A stretch of 64,000 bases of DNA, taken from positions 32,001 to 96,000 of IMG/VR virus record IMGVR_UViG_3300029288_000075; one strand, 5' to 3'. Each line of letters starts with the position of its first letter. Positions within the stretch are counted from its first letter, which is position 1. The notes beneath the pieces are model-generated. The model saw only the letters and a list, made by a program, of their open reading frames with translations, made no database searches and was not told the DNA's origin. A program made the position numbers and the translations under genes. Origin of the DNA: a virus. Taxonomy: Duplodnaviria; Caudoviricetes. Positions 48,754-59,003 of the stretch are shown here, piece after piece.

Positions 48754-50580
48754 ATGTTGAACGAATACTTGCTGCGTGCATACAGGCAGACTCAAACCAA
48801 GGAGGCGAGTCGTCAGCTACAGGAGAAGCTCGCTAGGTTTCCCTTGCAAGACTTGATTGCCTTGGCGAGTGGAGATCCGACTGCGAAGTTGGCGTATTGC
48901 GATGGTCCTTGCGAGGCGAATGAGCCCAAAACTTGGTTGGACAAGTTCAAGGGATCCCCGCTGTTCGAGAAGGCAGTGTCCTTGGAGAAGACGTTGCTTG
49001 AAGCGGATGCGGCGTCTGATGCCAAGAGGTCAGAGGAGCGTGAAACCGACCGCGAGCTCGATGCGCGCCGTGACGAGCTCCGTATGCAGAAGCGGCTGCT
49101 TGACTTGGACCTTGCCCTCGAGCAGGAAGGGGCGGCGGCTCCTGCGGAAGCTGCAACGGCAGCGCCCACGGCACAGGCTGAACCGGCCCCAATAGGCGGT
49201 GGTACAGCCGTTGAGGTGAAGCAGGCTTCTTCCTCGCACAACTCCGCGCACGTGATGGAGTTCTATCGCAAGCGGGCGGAATTCTTGAAGATTGCCGGAG
49301 CCGTAGGCGCGTTCATTCCCGAGACGCGAAGTACGGGTAGGGTACCAGCGACGGATAGAGCGCAGGGCGCCGGCGCGGGCGAGTACACCGTCGACCCGTC
49401 GGAGGTAGTTACTGGCGGGTTGCAGGTGGACAAAGTGGCAGCTCTTCAGTCAGCAGACAAACCTAAGGTGGATCCGCAGGAGCTGCGGAAGAAGATCCTT
49501 CAGGAGTACCCGCACCTCGATAAGCGGGCTGATTTTGGTGGTTTTGACACGCCAGAAGAGCACCAGCAGGCGGTGGATGCGCTAAAGGCGCAGGCGGCGC
49601 AACAAGAGGCGCATCCAGTGTCTTCTCGTATTCGTTCGGGTCTTGGTACAGCGGCTGTAGGGGCACTAGGTGGATCTATGCTTGGTGGCGCAGCTTATCC
49701 TGGTGTACGGGGAACCTTGGTTGGTGCAGGTCTTGGTGCACTCGGTGCAGGTGCATACGGTGCAACTCGAGTACCAGGGGCAGAAGCTAGGCGTGAGGCG
49801 ACTGCACTGGAAGATGAAGTGCGTCCGGAGGCACTCAGGAACGAGGCTGCCGAAAACGAGAGGATTGCAGACGACGTTGATGCCAACCCCGGCAAGTACC
49901 GTTTGCGGCGAGGTATCGCAGGGGGCATTGCAGGGGGTCTAGCGGGCGCGGGTCTTGGCAGCTTGGTGCCTAGGAGCGTGGGAGCTCCGTTACTAGGTGC
50001 TGGTGTTGGTGCTCTCACCGGTGGGGGCCTTGCAGCCTTGCGTAAGCCTGACGGTGCAGCATTTCGTGAGGATGCTGCTACGATGCGAGCCCATTTGGCA
50101 AAGAAGCAGGCCAATGTGCTGGATGCCGAGGCGCGGGCGCACATCAAAAAGAAGAACTTCGCCATACCCGAAGAGAAGAAGTACCCAATCGAAAACAAGC
50201 CCCATGCTGAGAATGCGCTATCGCGGGTCGACACCTTTGGTACCTCTTCGGAAAAGTCTCGCGTGCATTCGGCAGTTGCCCGGCACTACCCCGGGTTGGC
50301 TGCGCGCTCGAGCGTTCCGGACGTGGCCTCCAAGGGCAAGGCACAGCTGCGAAAGAAGGCAATGAATCTGGGAGGGATCCTCCAGGGTGCCAAGAGCATT
50401 GGGTCCAGTGCACGGAATCTGGCTGTTACGTCCCATGCGGCGGGCGGGTTACCCCAGGTGGCCAAGTCATTTGGCAACGTAGCAAAGGGCTTCGTCATGA
50501 AAAATCCACTGGCAGCCGCCGGCGCAGCGGGTCTTGGCGGTGCAGCGTTGGGCAGGGCCACTGCCCCAAGTAGACCCTAA
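48754..50580 (+). CDS. K-x-A segmented polyprotein-like protein (coiled coil, Gly zippers, KYPIEN..HA.NAL module)
   Basis: 10 K-x-A sites bounding distinct modules. Confidence 0.65.
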   Translation: MLNEYLLRAYRQTQTKEASRQLQEKLARFPLQDLIALASGDPTAKLAYCDGPCEANEPKTWLDKFKGSPLFEKAVSLEKTLLEADAASDAKRSEERETDRELDARRDELRMQKRLLDLDLALEQEGAAAPAEAATAAPTAQAEPAPIGGGTAVEVKQASSSHNSAHVMEFYRKRAEFLKIAGAVGAFIPETRSTGRVPATDRAQGAGAGEYTVDPSEVVTGGLQVDKVAALQSADKPKVDPQELRKKILQEYPHLDKRADFGGFDTPEEHQQAVDALKAQAAQQEAHPVSSRIRSGLGTAAVGALGGSMLGGAAYPGVRGTLVGAGLGALGAGAYGATRVPGAEARREATALEDEVRPEALRNEAAENERIADDVDANPGKYRLRRGIAGGIAGGLAGAGLGSLVPRSVGAPLLGAGVGALTGGGLAALRKPDGAAFREDAATMRAHLAKKQANVLDAEARAHIKKKNFAIPEEKKYPIENKPHAENALSRVDTFGTSSEKSRVHSAVARHYPGLAARSSVPDVASKGKAQLRKKAMNLGGILQGAKSIGSSARNLAVTSHAAGGLPQVAKSFGNVAKGFVMKNPLAAAGAAGLGGAALGRATAPSRP

Positions 50581-51482
50581 TGCCTGTCTCCATCGAGCTC
50601 TACAGGCTGCGTGTCACCTCACTGGATGTGGATTTCCATGAGGTGACATGGGCTGTTGAGGCCACCTCGGTGGACGTGCTGGACTACACCTTTCAGGTGC
50701 TCCGGTCTGAGGCTGAAGAGGGTCCGTACGAAGAGCTCACCCCCCAGATCGAGGACACGTACCACTTCGTCGACAACGTTGCCCAGGTGATGCACCGTTG
50801 GCGCACCTACCATTACAAGATTCGGGTGATGGAGAAGGTGTCTGGCGACTACAAGGACTTTGGTCCTGTGGCGCAAGAGCCTGAAGCTGACTTGGTAGCG
50901 CTCGAGCTACGTCGTCATCTGCGCGTGCTGTTTCGTGAATTCGCCGGTCGACGTTGTATTGTCCTTCCTGTGCGAACATTCGGGCAACGCTGCCCTGATT
51001 GCTGGAGCGAGCGGTTGAAGAAGACCACCAAGAGCGGTTGTCTCACCTGCTTTTGTACTGGGTTCGTCCGTGGGTACCTGCATCCCATTGAGACATGGAT
51101 GCAGGTGGATCCAAGTTCGAAATCGCAGCAACATCTCAATACGGGGGAGACCCAGCAGGACAACACCACAATGCGTATGGGGAACTACCCCAGCATCAAG
51201 CCGTTGGATCTTGTGGTGGAGCCAGAGAACATTCGCTGGCGAGTAGTAGGGCAGACCCAGACAGAGCATGCGCGTGCAGCCGTACATCAGGAAGTTCAAC
51301 TTCATCGAATCCCCGAGAAGGATATCGAGTACTCGATTCCGGTGCGCTATGCGGATGCGCTACCGAACTTGTGGGTTACTCCGTTGAGGAACTACACCAA
51401 TCCGCAAAACTTGCAGAGTGCAGAAATGCTCGAGACGCCGAGCGTTTACGCCTTGTATCCTTTCCTGAGGAGGCCGCCGTGA
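50580..51482 (+). CDS. Head closure/neck protein (putative; FN3-like N-terminus, Zn ribbon)
   Basis: YHYKIRV FN3-like strand; CPDC...CLTCFCTG; position. Confidence 0.55.
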   Translation: MPVSIELYRLRVTSLDVDFHEVTWAVEATSVDVLDYTFQVLRSEAEEGPYEELTPQIEDTYHFVDNVAQVMHRWRTYHYKIRVMEKVSGDYKDFGPVAQEPEADLVALELRRHLRVLFREFAGRRCIVLPVRTFGQRCPDCWSERLKKTTKSGCLTCFCTGFVRGYLHPIETWMQVDPSSKSQQHLNTGETQQDNTTMRMGNYPSIKPLDLVVEPENIRWRVVGQTQTEHARAAVHQEVQLHRIPEKDIEYSIPVRYADALPNLWVTPLRNYTNPQNLQSAEMLETPSVYALYPFLRRPP

Positions 51483-51898
51483 GGGTGCTACATCCAGACA
51501 CATTGCGTGCGCTGTCCCTACTGAAGACAGCCGAGCTGCCCGAACCTCCTCCGGATTCTGGTGAAGTGCCGCAGTCCGACCTGGGTTCACTGCATCGCGA
51601 GCCTGTGTATACGGGGCCACCTCCTATCAAGCATCCGGCGCTACATGCTGCGAAAGCAGTAGGCGGTTCCCTTCTTTCCTTTGGCGGCGGCATGGGCTTG
51701 GGCTACCTGGCAAACATGGGTATCGAGAAGGCGCTAGGTCGTCCGATCCCAGCGCGTACGATACGAGCAGCGGCCCCGGTGCTGAGTGGTCTCAGTGCGC
51801 TGGCGTACCATACTTACAAGGAAAAAGAGAGGGAGCAACTGCACCGTGCCATCGAAGCCCACCAGAGTAACGCCAAGAGGCGTAGCCTCCGAGGATAG
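51479..51898 (+). CDS. Small K-x-A/Gly-zipper protein
   Basis: GTGA overlap; KTAE then hydrophobic GGGMGLG helices. Confidence 0.6.
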   Translation: MRVLHPDTLRALSLLKTAELPEPPPDSGEVPQSDLGSLHREPVYTGPPPIKHPALHAAKAVGGSLLSFGGGMGLGYLANMGIEKALGRPIPARTIRAAAPVLSGLSALAYHTYKEKEREQLHRAIEAHQSNAKRRSLRG

Positions 51899-52811
51899 TT
51901 TCAAGGATGAGCCGCTGCAGCAAGTTCGGCTCATGTACTTGGGATTTGTCGCGGGGCTCTTCTCCGCTTGCCCAAAGGGACAGTACCACTGGGAAGAGGG
52001 TGATGACACGGAGATTGTGGTCACCGACGAGCATCCGATACGCACGGAAAATGTAGGAGCGCGCCCGGCCGTATCGTTTACGCGCAGCCCTGTGCAGTTC
52101 TACTCGCTGGGCAACGATGACATGCTGCGGTTTGACTTCACCACTGGGCGCAAGACAAAGGTAGCCATAATTCCGGGCACGATGAGCATCAACTGCTGCT
52201 CGCGCAATGACCTTGAAAGCGAGAGTATCGCCTGGAAGATTGCCGAGCATCTGTGGCTTCTTCGTGAGACGTTGATGGGGTACGACAAGTTCTTCGAAAT
52301 AGGGAGACAGCCACAACTATCGGCCACGTCGCCTGCAGAGGGGATAGTACAAGGCGACCATGGAGAGGAGTGGTACTGCACTACCGTTTCATCTCCCTTC
52401 CAATTCCCGCGCATGTCTCAGTTCACCCCACTCAACAAGCAGGTGGTGCAGAGTATCGAGCTGCAGATTCGCACGCGGCTGCTGACGATAGGCAGTCAAA
52501 GTACCGGCGGCCCTGTGGCAAGCGCGAATGGTGCAGATCCAGGGTTGAACTTTCAGGTGAGACCGCCCCCTGGGTACATGCAGGAGGCGTCGGATGCGCA
52601 TGGACGGCGTCCAGACCCAGCGGGATTGCTGCCTGATCCTCCGTTTTTTGCGGCACATCCATTGGACCCCGCGAGGACGGTGGTGGTACGGAGGTCCAAG
52701 CCGTATAGGCCGGGCCTGCGACCGCTATCCATGAATGGTCATCGACTTCCCATAGCCGACAGCAGCGTGGAAGAATCGGTACCGTCACCGCCATACAAGA
52801 CGCGAGTATGA
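51846..52811 (+). CDS. Tail completion/terminator protein (putative)
   Basis: Position before the sheath; RPAVSF...INCCSRNDLESESIA pattern. Confidence 0.5.
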   Translation: MPSKPTRVTPRGVASEDSFKDEPLQQVRLMYLGFVAGLFSACPKGQYHWEEGDDTEIVVTDEHPIRTENVGARPAVSFTRSPVQFYSLGNDDMLRFDFTTGRKTKVAIIPGTMSINCCSRNDLESESIAWKIAEHLWLLRETLMGYDKFFEIGRQPQLSATSPAEGIVQGDHGEEWYCTTVSSPFQFPRMSQFTPLNKQVVQSIELQIRTRLLTIGSQSTGGPVASANGADPGLNFQVRPPPGYMQEASDAHGRRPDPAGLLPDPPFFAAHPLDPARTVVVRRSKPYRPGLRPLSMNGHRLPIADSSVEESVPSPPYKTRV

Positions 52812-53332
52812 CCAGCCCACGTAACCACCTAGCAGGCACCTGCCACGATTGCGGTAAGTCGACCAAGGCTTACCGCTGTGCCGTGTGCCGTAGGCATAAG
52901 GCAGAGCAGGGGCGTGCCTATTATCGGAGCAGAGCGCAGGCTGGTATCTGTGTTGACTGCAAGGGTCCGGCTACTGTTGGCGCTTTTTGTCTGCAACATT
53001 GGTTTAGAAATATCGGGCAGGCGTATGGGTTGGGTAAGAAGAATGGCGGGATAGCCATGCTTCGAAGTCTATGGGAAGAACAGCAGGGCAAGTGCGCTGT
53101 CACGGGGGAAAAGCTAGTACCCGGCGTCAATGCCAGCCTTGATCACATCCAGCCCCTATCTCGCGGTGGTACTTCGGAACGAAGTAACCTGCGCTGGGTA
53201 ACTTCAACGGTGAACCACATGAAGTGGAATCTCACTGATACAGAATTCGTGGACAAATGTAGACAGATAGCGCAGCGAGCCGACTACGCCGGTAAAGTAA
53301 GCGCAAGGATGCACATAGCCAGGAGCAACTAA
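52808..53332 (+). CDS. HNH endonuclease with N-terminal Zn fingers
   Basis: QQGKCAVTG, SLDHIQPLSRGG..NLRWV..VNHMK. Confidence 0.88.
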   Translation: MTSPRNHLAGTCHDCGKSTKAYRCAVCRRHKAEQGRAYYRSRAQAGICVDCKGPATVGAFCLQHWFRNIGQAYGLGKKNGGIAMLRSLWEEQQGKCAVTGEKLVPGVNASLDHIQPLSRGGTSERSNLRWVTSTVNHMKWNLTDTEFVDKCRQIAQRADYAGKVSARMHIARSN

Positions 53333-53333
53333 A

Positions 53334-56300
53334 ATGGCAGCAGCAGAACTTCCAAAGCCCGGTGTTGAGGTAGTACAAGTTATCAGGACTGTCTCTCCGA
53401 CAGTCGTCACGCCCACGCTAGTTCCTTGCGTAGTCGGCGTGGCGAAGCAGGTGGTGGAGCTCCTACTTTCCGACGGAAGTGGCGGTAAGACCTTGAACGG
53501 CGATGCGCTCATTGCCCTTCCTGCCTTCTTCATTGCCAAGGACGGTACTGGCAGTCCTGCCAAGTACAACGGTCTGGACGGTTTGAACCTGAAGTTCTCC
53601 GTCACCAATGGCCCTACGGCTACCATCCTATTTGCTGATCCGTTGATGGCCGGCTTGACACCAGCGACGGTTGTATCGACCATCGTGAAGGCACTTGCAG
53701 CCGCGGGTATTACTTCTGCTACCGCCGAGACGATAGGGGATGCTTTCCGTGTTCGTACGCTGGCAACTGGCGAGTTCCAGTCCATCTACGTGGACCCCAC
53801 GACTTCCCCCGCGGTGCTCGCGGCCTTTGGCATTGGCGCCGGCCGTACGTACACCGGGGTGGACAACTACTCGCAGTTCGAAGACGTGATTCCGGTCAGT
53901 AACTACCCGGATCCTCGTGGAAATTTGGCAGAGCTGGCCATTGAAGCGGATACGATTCGAGTCTTCTTGGCCATGTCGTCTTCGAATTTCATGGAGGTTC
54001 TGCGTACGGAAGCCCTGCTGCGTTATGGAGCGGTAGGCACGACGGCTGTGTTGACGGGTACTGGGGACTTGGACCCCTTCCCAGCAGTGGCCGGTACTGC
54101 GGCGGTGCTCACTGGCACTGGAGATTTGGACCCGTTCCCCTCCTTGACGGGTCTCACGCTGATTGTGACTTTGAACGCTACCGTGCAGACGGTAACCTTC
54201 ACTGCCTCGCAGACGGATACCGCGACGTTGCTGACCTTGTTGAACGGCGTTGGTGGGTTTACCGACATCGTTGCTTCCATCGACAACAGCACCCCATCCA
54301 CCCCGGTTCTAGTGCTGACTAGTGCACATTCTGGGGCCACCCTGACGGTAGGGGCGGGTACGGCGAACACTGCGCTGGGCTTTACGCTGAACCAAACGAA
54401 CACCGGAACGGCAGCTCTGACCCTTATCGTGACCGTGGGCACTGGCTCTCCTCAGACGGTGAGTTTGGAGGGGGTCACCAGCACGGGTACGTTGACGACG
54501 GTAGTCGACGCCAACACGTCTGGGATCGTGCCTACCATCGACACCAGTACCCCGGCCACCCCACATCTTGTACTTACCAGCGAGGCTACTGGAAGTGCAG
54601 CTCGGCTCACCGTCGGGGCTGGGACGGCCAATACGCTGCTGGGATTCACGCTGGCGCAAACCAATTCCGGTGTCTCGGTTCAAGTCGTTGACGACGGCAA
54701 TGGGGACAACTTCTCTCCGCTCCTCAAGTTCACGGGCGTGGATTTCACCGCGGTAGGTACCGCAGCGTCCATTGCTGGCACGGTAAGTATTGCTACTCCC
54801 GTGGGTCTTTCAGGAACAACCCTCGAGTTGAGTGACGGGCAGCAGGTGCAGACGGTCACGTTCACGTCGTCTGCTACTACTGCGGCTCAGGTACTTACTG
54901 AGATCAACGCCGTCATGGGAACGGCTGCGGGCGGCAGGCTTTTGGCCACGGCCAACGGGAGTCAGTACCTGGTGCTGACTTCGACAGGTACCGGGGCGGA
55001 CTCGATGCTGTGGGTCAAGGGCGGCACGGCGCTGACCATCTTGGGGCTCACGGCGAACACCATCCAGTACGGTGCCCTCGGGCATGTCGCCGCGGGCGAC
55101 GAGCTGTACATCGACGGGGTGGTCAAGGGAACGGTCATCGCGGTTGCCCCCGGCGGCGCGACGGACACGCTCAAGATCAACAACCAGCAGGTCATTACCC
55201 TAGGCGCAGGCACCAATTGGCACATCATCGCCAAGGGGTTGACGGGGACCGGCGTTGACCGGCCGATGCCTGAGCTTGTGGTGGACGCCAACAAGAACGC
55301 CATCCTGAAGCACACCCTGCTGCGTGATACTGTGGGGCGCCCAATCCATCCGACGCAGGGGCGCGCACCGGTGTACCTCACCTACACGGCGGTACGTAAG
55401 GACGTGACCTCGGCGGCGGTGAATCCGGGCCTACTGACGTTCGACGGGCAAACCCAGCTGGAAAGTGCGTTGGCACCAATCGACATCCGCAATCCTCTGG
55501 CCCTCGGCCTGTTCTTCGCCATGGTCAATGCCCCTGGGGTTCAAACCACGGGATTGGGCGTGGACGAGGTGAGTGCCGACTCGCCGTACGGCACGGTGGA
55601 AGCGTTCACCCGCGCGGCGGAGTTCTTGGAGGCCTTCGAGGTCTACGCCCTGGCACCACTCACACATGACCGCGCTGTCGGCCAGGTGTTCGATACCCAT
55701 GCCAACTTCATGTCGGAGCCGACGCAAAAGGGCGAGCGCATCGCGCTGTTCAACCCCGAGCAACCCGCGTACGCCCTGGATACGTTGGTGACCTCTGGCG
55801 CCAACGGGAACTCCATCGGAACCTCGGGCCTCACCTTCGATACGGGGGTGCCCAACCTGTCCGCCCTTCTCATGAACAAGGGCATCAACCCGATTGGCAC
55901 CATCCCTACGGAAACCGGTGTCTTCCTGGATATCGCCAGCGATGCCAAGAACTACTCGATCGAGAGCATCAGTGGCTCGGTGGTCACCATCCGTACCACC
56001 ATCCCGCCAGGTACGAACGACGACGACTTTTACTCGATTACCGCCCTCAATGTCCCGCCTCTGCCGGCGCAGTTGATTGCTGAGACGTTTGCCATCAAGA
56101 TCCGCGGCGCGGCATTGCTGACTTTGGATGGGGCGGTGGACAAACAGAAGGTGGCCGAGACCTACGCGACCATCGGGCAGTCCTTCCTCAATCGGCGGTT
56201 GTGGTGCACCGCACCTGATAAGTGCGCGGCCACGGTTGGCGGGATCGAGCAGGTTCTCGAGGGCTTCTACATGAACGCGGGCATCGCGGGCATGATTGGC

Positions 56301-56780
56301 CAGCAGCCCCCGCAACAGTCGTTCACCAACTTCCCGATGTCGGGGTACACCCGTGTAATTGGTTCCAGCCGGTACTTCTCGGAGCGCCAAATGGATGTCA
56401 TGGCGGGTGGTGGCACGTACATCATCATCCAGGACAGCGCTTCGTCCCCCCTCATCTCCCGCATGGCGTTGACGACCGACACCACGTCGGTGGAAACCCG
56501 CACGGATTCCATTACCAAGGTGGTGGATTTCACAGCGAAGTTCCTACGGCGCGGTCTGAAGAACTTCATCGGTCGGTTCAACATCACGCAGGCGTTCCTC
56601 GACCAGTTGGGGACGGTCACCGGCGGCCTTGGTGGCTTCCTCGTAGAGGTCGGTGTTTTGGTTGGGTTCAACCTCAACAACATCATCCAGGATGAGCAAG
56701 CACCCGACACGGTGCTTATCGACGTGCTCATCGACCCACCGTACCCCTGCAACTACATCAGGATCACCTTGGTCATCTGA
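53334..56780 (+). CDS. Contractile tail sheath protein with repeated insertion domains
   Basis: N-terminal KPGVEV; C-terminal FIGRFNIT...IDVLIDPPYPCNYIRITL; 1148 aa. Confidence 0.9.
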   Translation: MAAAELPKPGVEVVQVIRTVSPTVVTPTLVPCVVGVAKQVVELLLSDGSGGKTLNGDALIALPAFFIAKDGTGSPAKYNGLDGLNLKFSVTNGPTATILFADPLMAGLTPATVVSTIVKALAAAGITSATAETIGDAFRVRTLATGEFQSIYVDPTTSPAVLAAFGIGAGRTYTGVDNYSQFEDVIPVSNYPDPRGNLAELAIEADTIRVFLAMSSSNFMEVLRTEALLRYGAVGTTAVLTGTGDLDPFPAVAGTAAVLTGTGDLDPFPSLTGLTLIVTLNATVQTVTFTASQTDTATLLTLLNGVGGFTDIVASIDNSTPSTPVLVLTSAHSGATLTVGAGTANTALGFTLNQTNTGTAALTLIVTVGTGSPQTVSLEGVTSTGTLTTVVDANTSGIVPTIDTSTPATPHLVLTSEATGSAARLTVGAGTANTLLGFTLAQTNSGVSVQVVDDGNGDNFSPLLKFTGVDFTAVGTAASIAGTVSIATPVGLSGTTLELSDGQQVQTVTFTSSATTAAQVLTEINAVMGTAAGGRLLATANGSQYLVLTSTGTGADSMLWVKGGTALTILGLTANTIQYGALGHVAAGDELYIDGVVKGTVIAVAPGGATDTLKINNQQVITLGAGTNWHIIAKGLTGTGVDRPMPELVVDANKNAILKHTLLRDTVGRPIHPTQGRAPVYLTYTAVRKDVTSAAVNPGLLTFDGQTQLESALAPIDIRNPLALGLFFAMVNAPGVQTTGLGVDEVSADSPYGTVEAFTRAAEFLEAFEVYALAPLTHDRAVGQVFDTHANFMSEPTQKGERIALFNPEQPAYALDTLVTSGANGNSIGTSGLTFDTGVPNLSALLMNKGINPIGTIPTETGVFLDIASDAKNYSIESISGSVVTIRTTIPPGTNDDDFYSITALNVPPLPAQLIAETFAIKIRGAALLTLDGAVDKQKVAETYATIGQSFLNRRLWCTAPDKCAATVGGIEQVLEGFYMNAGIAGMIGQQPPQQSFTNFPMSGYTRVIGSSRYFSERQMDVMAGGGTYIIIQDSASSPLISRMALTTDTTSVETRTDSITKVVDFTAKFLRRGLKNFIGRFNITQAFLDQLGTVTGGLGGFLVEVGVLVGFNLNNIIQDEQAPDTVLIDVLIDPPYPCNYIRITLVI

Positions 56781-57127
56781 TGGACTTGGACGCCTTCCAG
56801 AAAGCGGTGGCGCGTGTTCGAGCCGAGCAGTTTCTTCGAGAGAAGGCTGCCTCGGCTCAACCTGCTGCCCTGGGGGTTGTTCGAGATGCGTTGCTTGAAC
56901 AGGTAGAGGACCGCAGCTTGCTCAAGATGGCGTCCACGTACTGCCCGCTGGATCCCTTCGGTATGTACGTGAAGTTGGGTGGACAGTTCAAGACTGCTGA
57001 ACCCCCGCCACCTGCAGGGGTGTCGTCCAAGGAGTGGGACAAGGTGCTCAGCAAGGGCCCTACCAAGAGCATGGAGACAGGCTCGTCGTCCCTGATTCGC
57101 AGGTCCCAAGTGAAGTACCGACCGTGA
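56780..57127 (+). CDS. Small K-x-A protein between sheath and tube
   Basis: TGATG coupling; KAAS, KMAS, KTAE. Confidence 0.6.
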   Translation: MDLDAFQKAVARVRAEQFLREKAASAQPAALGVVRDALLEQVEDRSLLKMASTYCPLDPFGMYVKLGGQFKTAEPPPPAGVSSKEWDKVLSKGPTKSMETGSSSLIRRSQVKYRP

Positions 57128-57150
57128 TAGACTCGTAGAAGGAGCAGACA

Positions 57151-57915
57151 ATGGCTGGAAATTTCTCTGACTGGAGCCCGTATTCGAACTACGTGCAGGC
57201 CGGCATGGTCGATGGAGCCTACGCGAATGCCGGCTTCACGATGCTTGCAGCAGGCCCGCCACGTATCGCCAACATTGGTGGTGCTGCAGCCTTCGCTCAG
57301 GCCGTCAGCGGTACCGGGCAGGCGGCGAACCAGATTGTGCTGCCCATTGGTATTGTGCAGAACTTCAATCTCTCGCACACCCGGCAGTTCAACCGCATCT
57401 TCGAAATCGGGTCGGAACGTAGCTACTTCATCACGGGGCGTGCCGTGGGGCAGCTAGGTCTCGGTCGTATCTACTACCACGGGGCGTCGCTCCTACGCCT
57501 GCTCTACTCGTACTACCAGGACCTGCTGCCACCTACCGTTGTGCCGGCCATGTTCCTCAACGCTGGTGCTGCCAGCATGTCGAACCCGCACAACGTCGTC
57601 ATCCCGCCGGGGTACGAGAATATCTACCTCAACCTGGCGTCGGACCTCTTCACGCAGCCCATTGGCATCCTGATGTACGTTCGCGACATCAATCAGGACG
57701 CTCTTGGTGCCACGTATTTCGAGGCCTGCTACCTCCCGAACCACACCTGGGCAACCGACGCACAGGGTGTGCTCATTCAAGAGTCGGTAGCCATCCAGTT
57801 CGAGCGTGCGGTGCCCGTGGCGATCTCGGCACTCACCCTCATCTCGAGCGCTACCAATGTGAACGCGGGCGGTTCTAACGCGTCGGCCACCTTCCTTGGG
57901 ATCCCCGGGTCGTAA
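57151..57915 (+). CDS. Tail tube protein
   Basis: IGIVQNFNLSHTRQFNRIFEIGS..YFITG; IQESVAIQFER; follows the sheath. Confidence 0.8.
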   Translation: MAGNFSDWSPYSNYVQAGMVDGAYANAGFTMLAAGPPRIANIGGAAAFAQAVSGTGQAANQIVLPIGIVQNFNLSHTRQFNRIFEIGSERSYFITGRAVGQLGLGRIYYHGASLLRLLYSYYQDLLPPTVVPAMFLNAGAASMSNPHNVVIPPGYENIYLNLASDLFTQPIGILMYVRDINQDALGATYFEACYLPNHTWATDAQGVLIQESVAIQFERAVPVAISALTLISSATNVNAGGSNASATFLGIPGS

Positions 57916-58295
57916 TGGCTGCCAGCACCAACCCGTTTTCGGTGCTGGGCACCCTGACGTTCCCCCCTGATGAGGGGCAGCAGCAGGTTTCTCTGGCCTT
58001 TGGTCTCAGCAATCAGTTCACATCCGTACTCGACATGCGGCTGGCTCTGACTGGTGCTGGGACCACCGTGGTGCCCTTTGGCTCCGTGGCAACCGCCAAG
58101 CTCTTGCTGGTGGAGTTCGAGGCGGCCTCTGGCGCTGCTCCGATCAACCTCCTCATCAATGGCGGCACCGACGAGATTGAGCTTTCCCCGGGAGGTTTGT
58201 TGCTCCTGGCTAGTCCCACTCCGCAATCCGGTGTGGCTGGGCTCTCAATCGTACGGACAACCGATGCAGTTGTACGCGTTCGTCTCCTAGGCTGA
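57915..58295 (+). CDS. Small beta-rich structural protein
   Basis: TAATG coupling to the tube gene. Confidence 0.6.
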   Translation: MAASTNPFSVLGTLTFPPDEGQQQVSLAFGLSNQFTSVLDMRLALTGAGTTVVPFGSVATAKLLLVEFEAASGAAPINLLINGGTDEIELSPGGLLLLASPTPQSGVAGLSIVRTTDAVVRVRLLG

Positions 58296-58308
58296 TATCC
58301 TAGGGAGC

Positions 58309-58965
58309 GTGACGGGACAGCACACTCCGCCGCGGCGGACGCAGAGCAGCGACAACCTTCAGGCAGTGTCCTTGCAGGACGCTGCCGAAGCTCGTGCTCG
58401 TGCGGCTTTGCAGCTAGTGGAGGCGGAGACTGCGCGTGCCGAAGAAGCCGAGCGCCGCGCTGCGGAACTTTCGGCAGAGCTCGAACGATCGAAGGCCGCG
58501 CACACCGTAGAAACGCAGGACCACACGAAGGCGTCCCAGGATCACGCCATCACGTTGACCGCGGAAGCTCTGACAGTGCAACGCAAGGGTCGTAAGTACG
58601 TGATCCCATTCGCGTTGGTGTCGATATTGGGCCCGCTGTTGTGGGCAAGCATCGCAGACTACGTGGAGATGAAACGGCAGGCGCGAGACATGAAGGACAC
58701 CTTCGCGTCTACGACGCAGCGTATCGACAAGCTCGAGCAGAAGCTTTCTGAGCAGGCCAAGGAAAATGCAGGGTTACGAGAGACTGTGGCACAGCTGTCT
58801 GGCTATTTGGCGGGTGTACTGCCAAAGGCTGGGTTGATGGTGCCTGGGGCCATGCCCGGCGCGGCATCCATCAACGTGGTCTCAGATCCACTACCCATCG
58901 GGGCCAAGAGGATTACCCCCGTGAATGTACGAACGGCGGTGCCTGCCCCCGCGCCACGTCCTTGA
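58309..58965 (+). CDS. Single-TM coiled-coil protein (possible lysis accessory)
   Basis: One hydrophobic helix flanked by coiled coils. Confidence 0.5.
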   Translation: MTGQHTPPRRTQSSDNLQAVSLQDAAEARARAALQLVEAETARAEEAERRAAELSAELERSKAAHTVETQDHTKASQDHAITLTAEALTVQRKGRKYVIPFALVSILGPLLWASIADYVEMKRQARDMKDTFASTTQRIDKLEQKLSEQAKENAGLRETVAQLSGYLAGVLPKAGLMVPGAMPGAASINVVSDPLPIGAKRITPVNVRTAVPAPAPRP

Positions 58966-59003
58966 CTTGTCCTTTTGGGAGGGGTGCGGGTACACTCTTC
59001 GTG

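Noticed and set aside
26583-57915. T6SS, eCIS or tailocin locus
   Set aside because: Capsid, portal, terminase and replication genes show it is a true phage.
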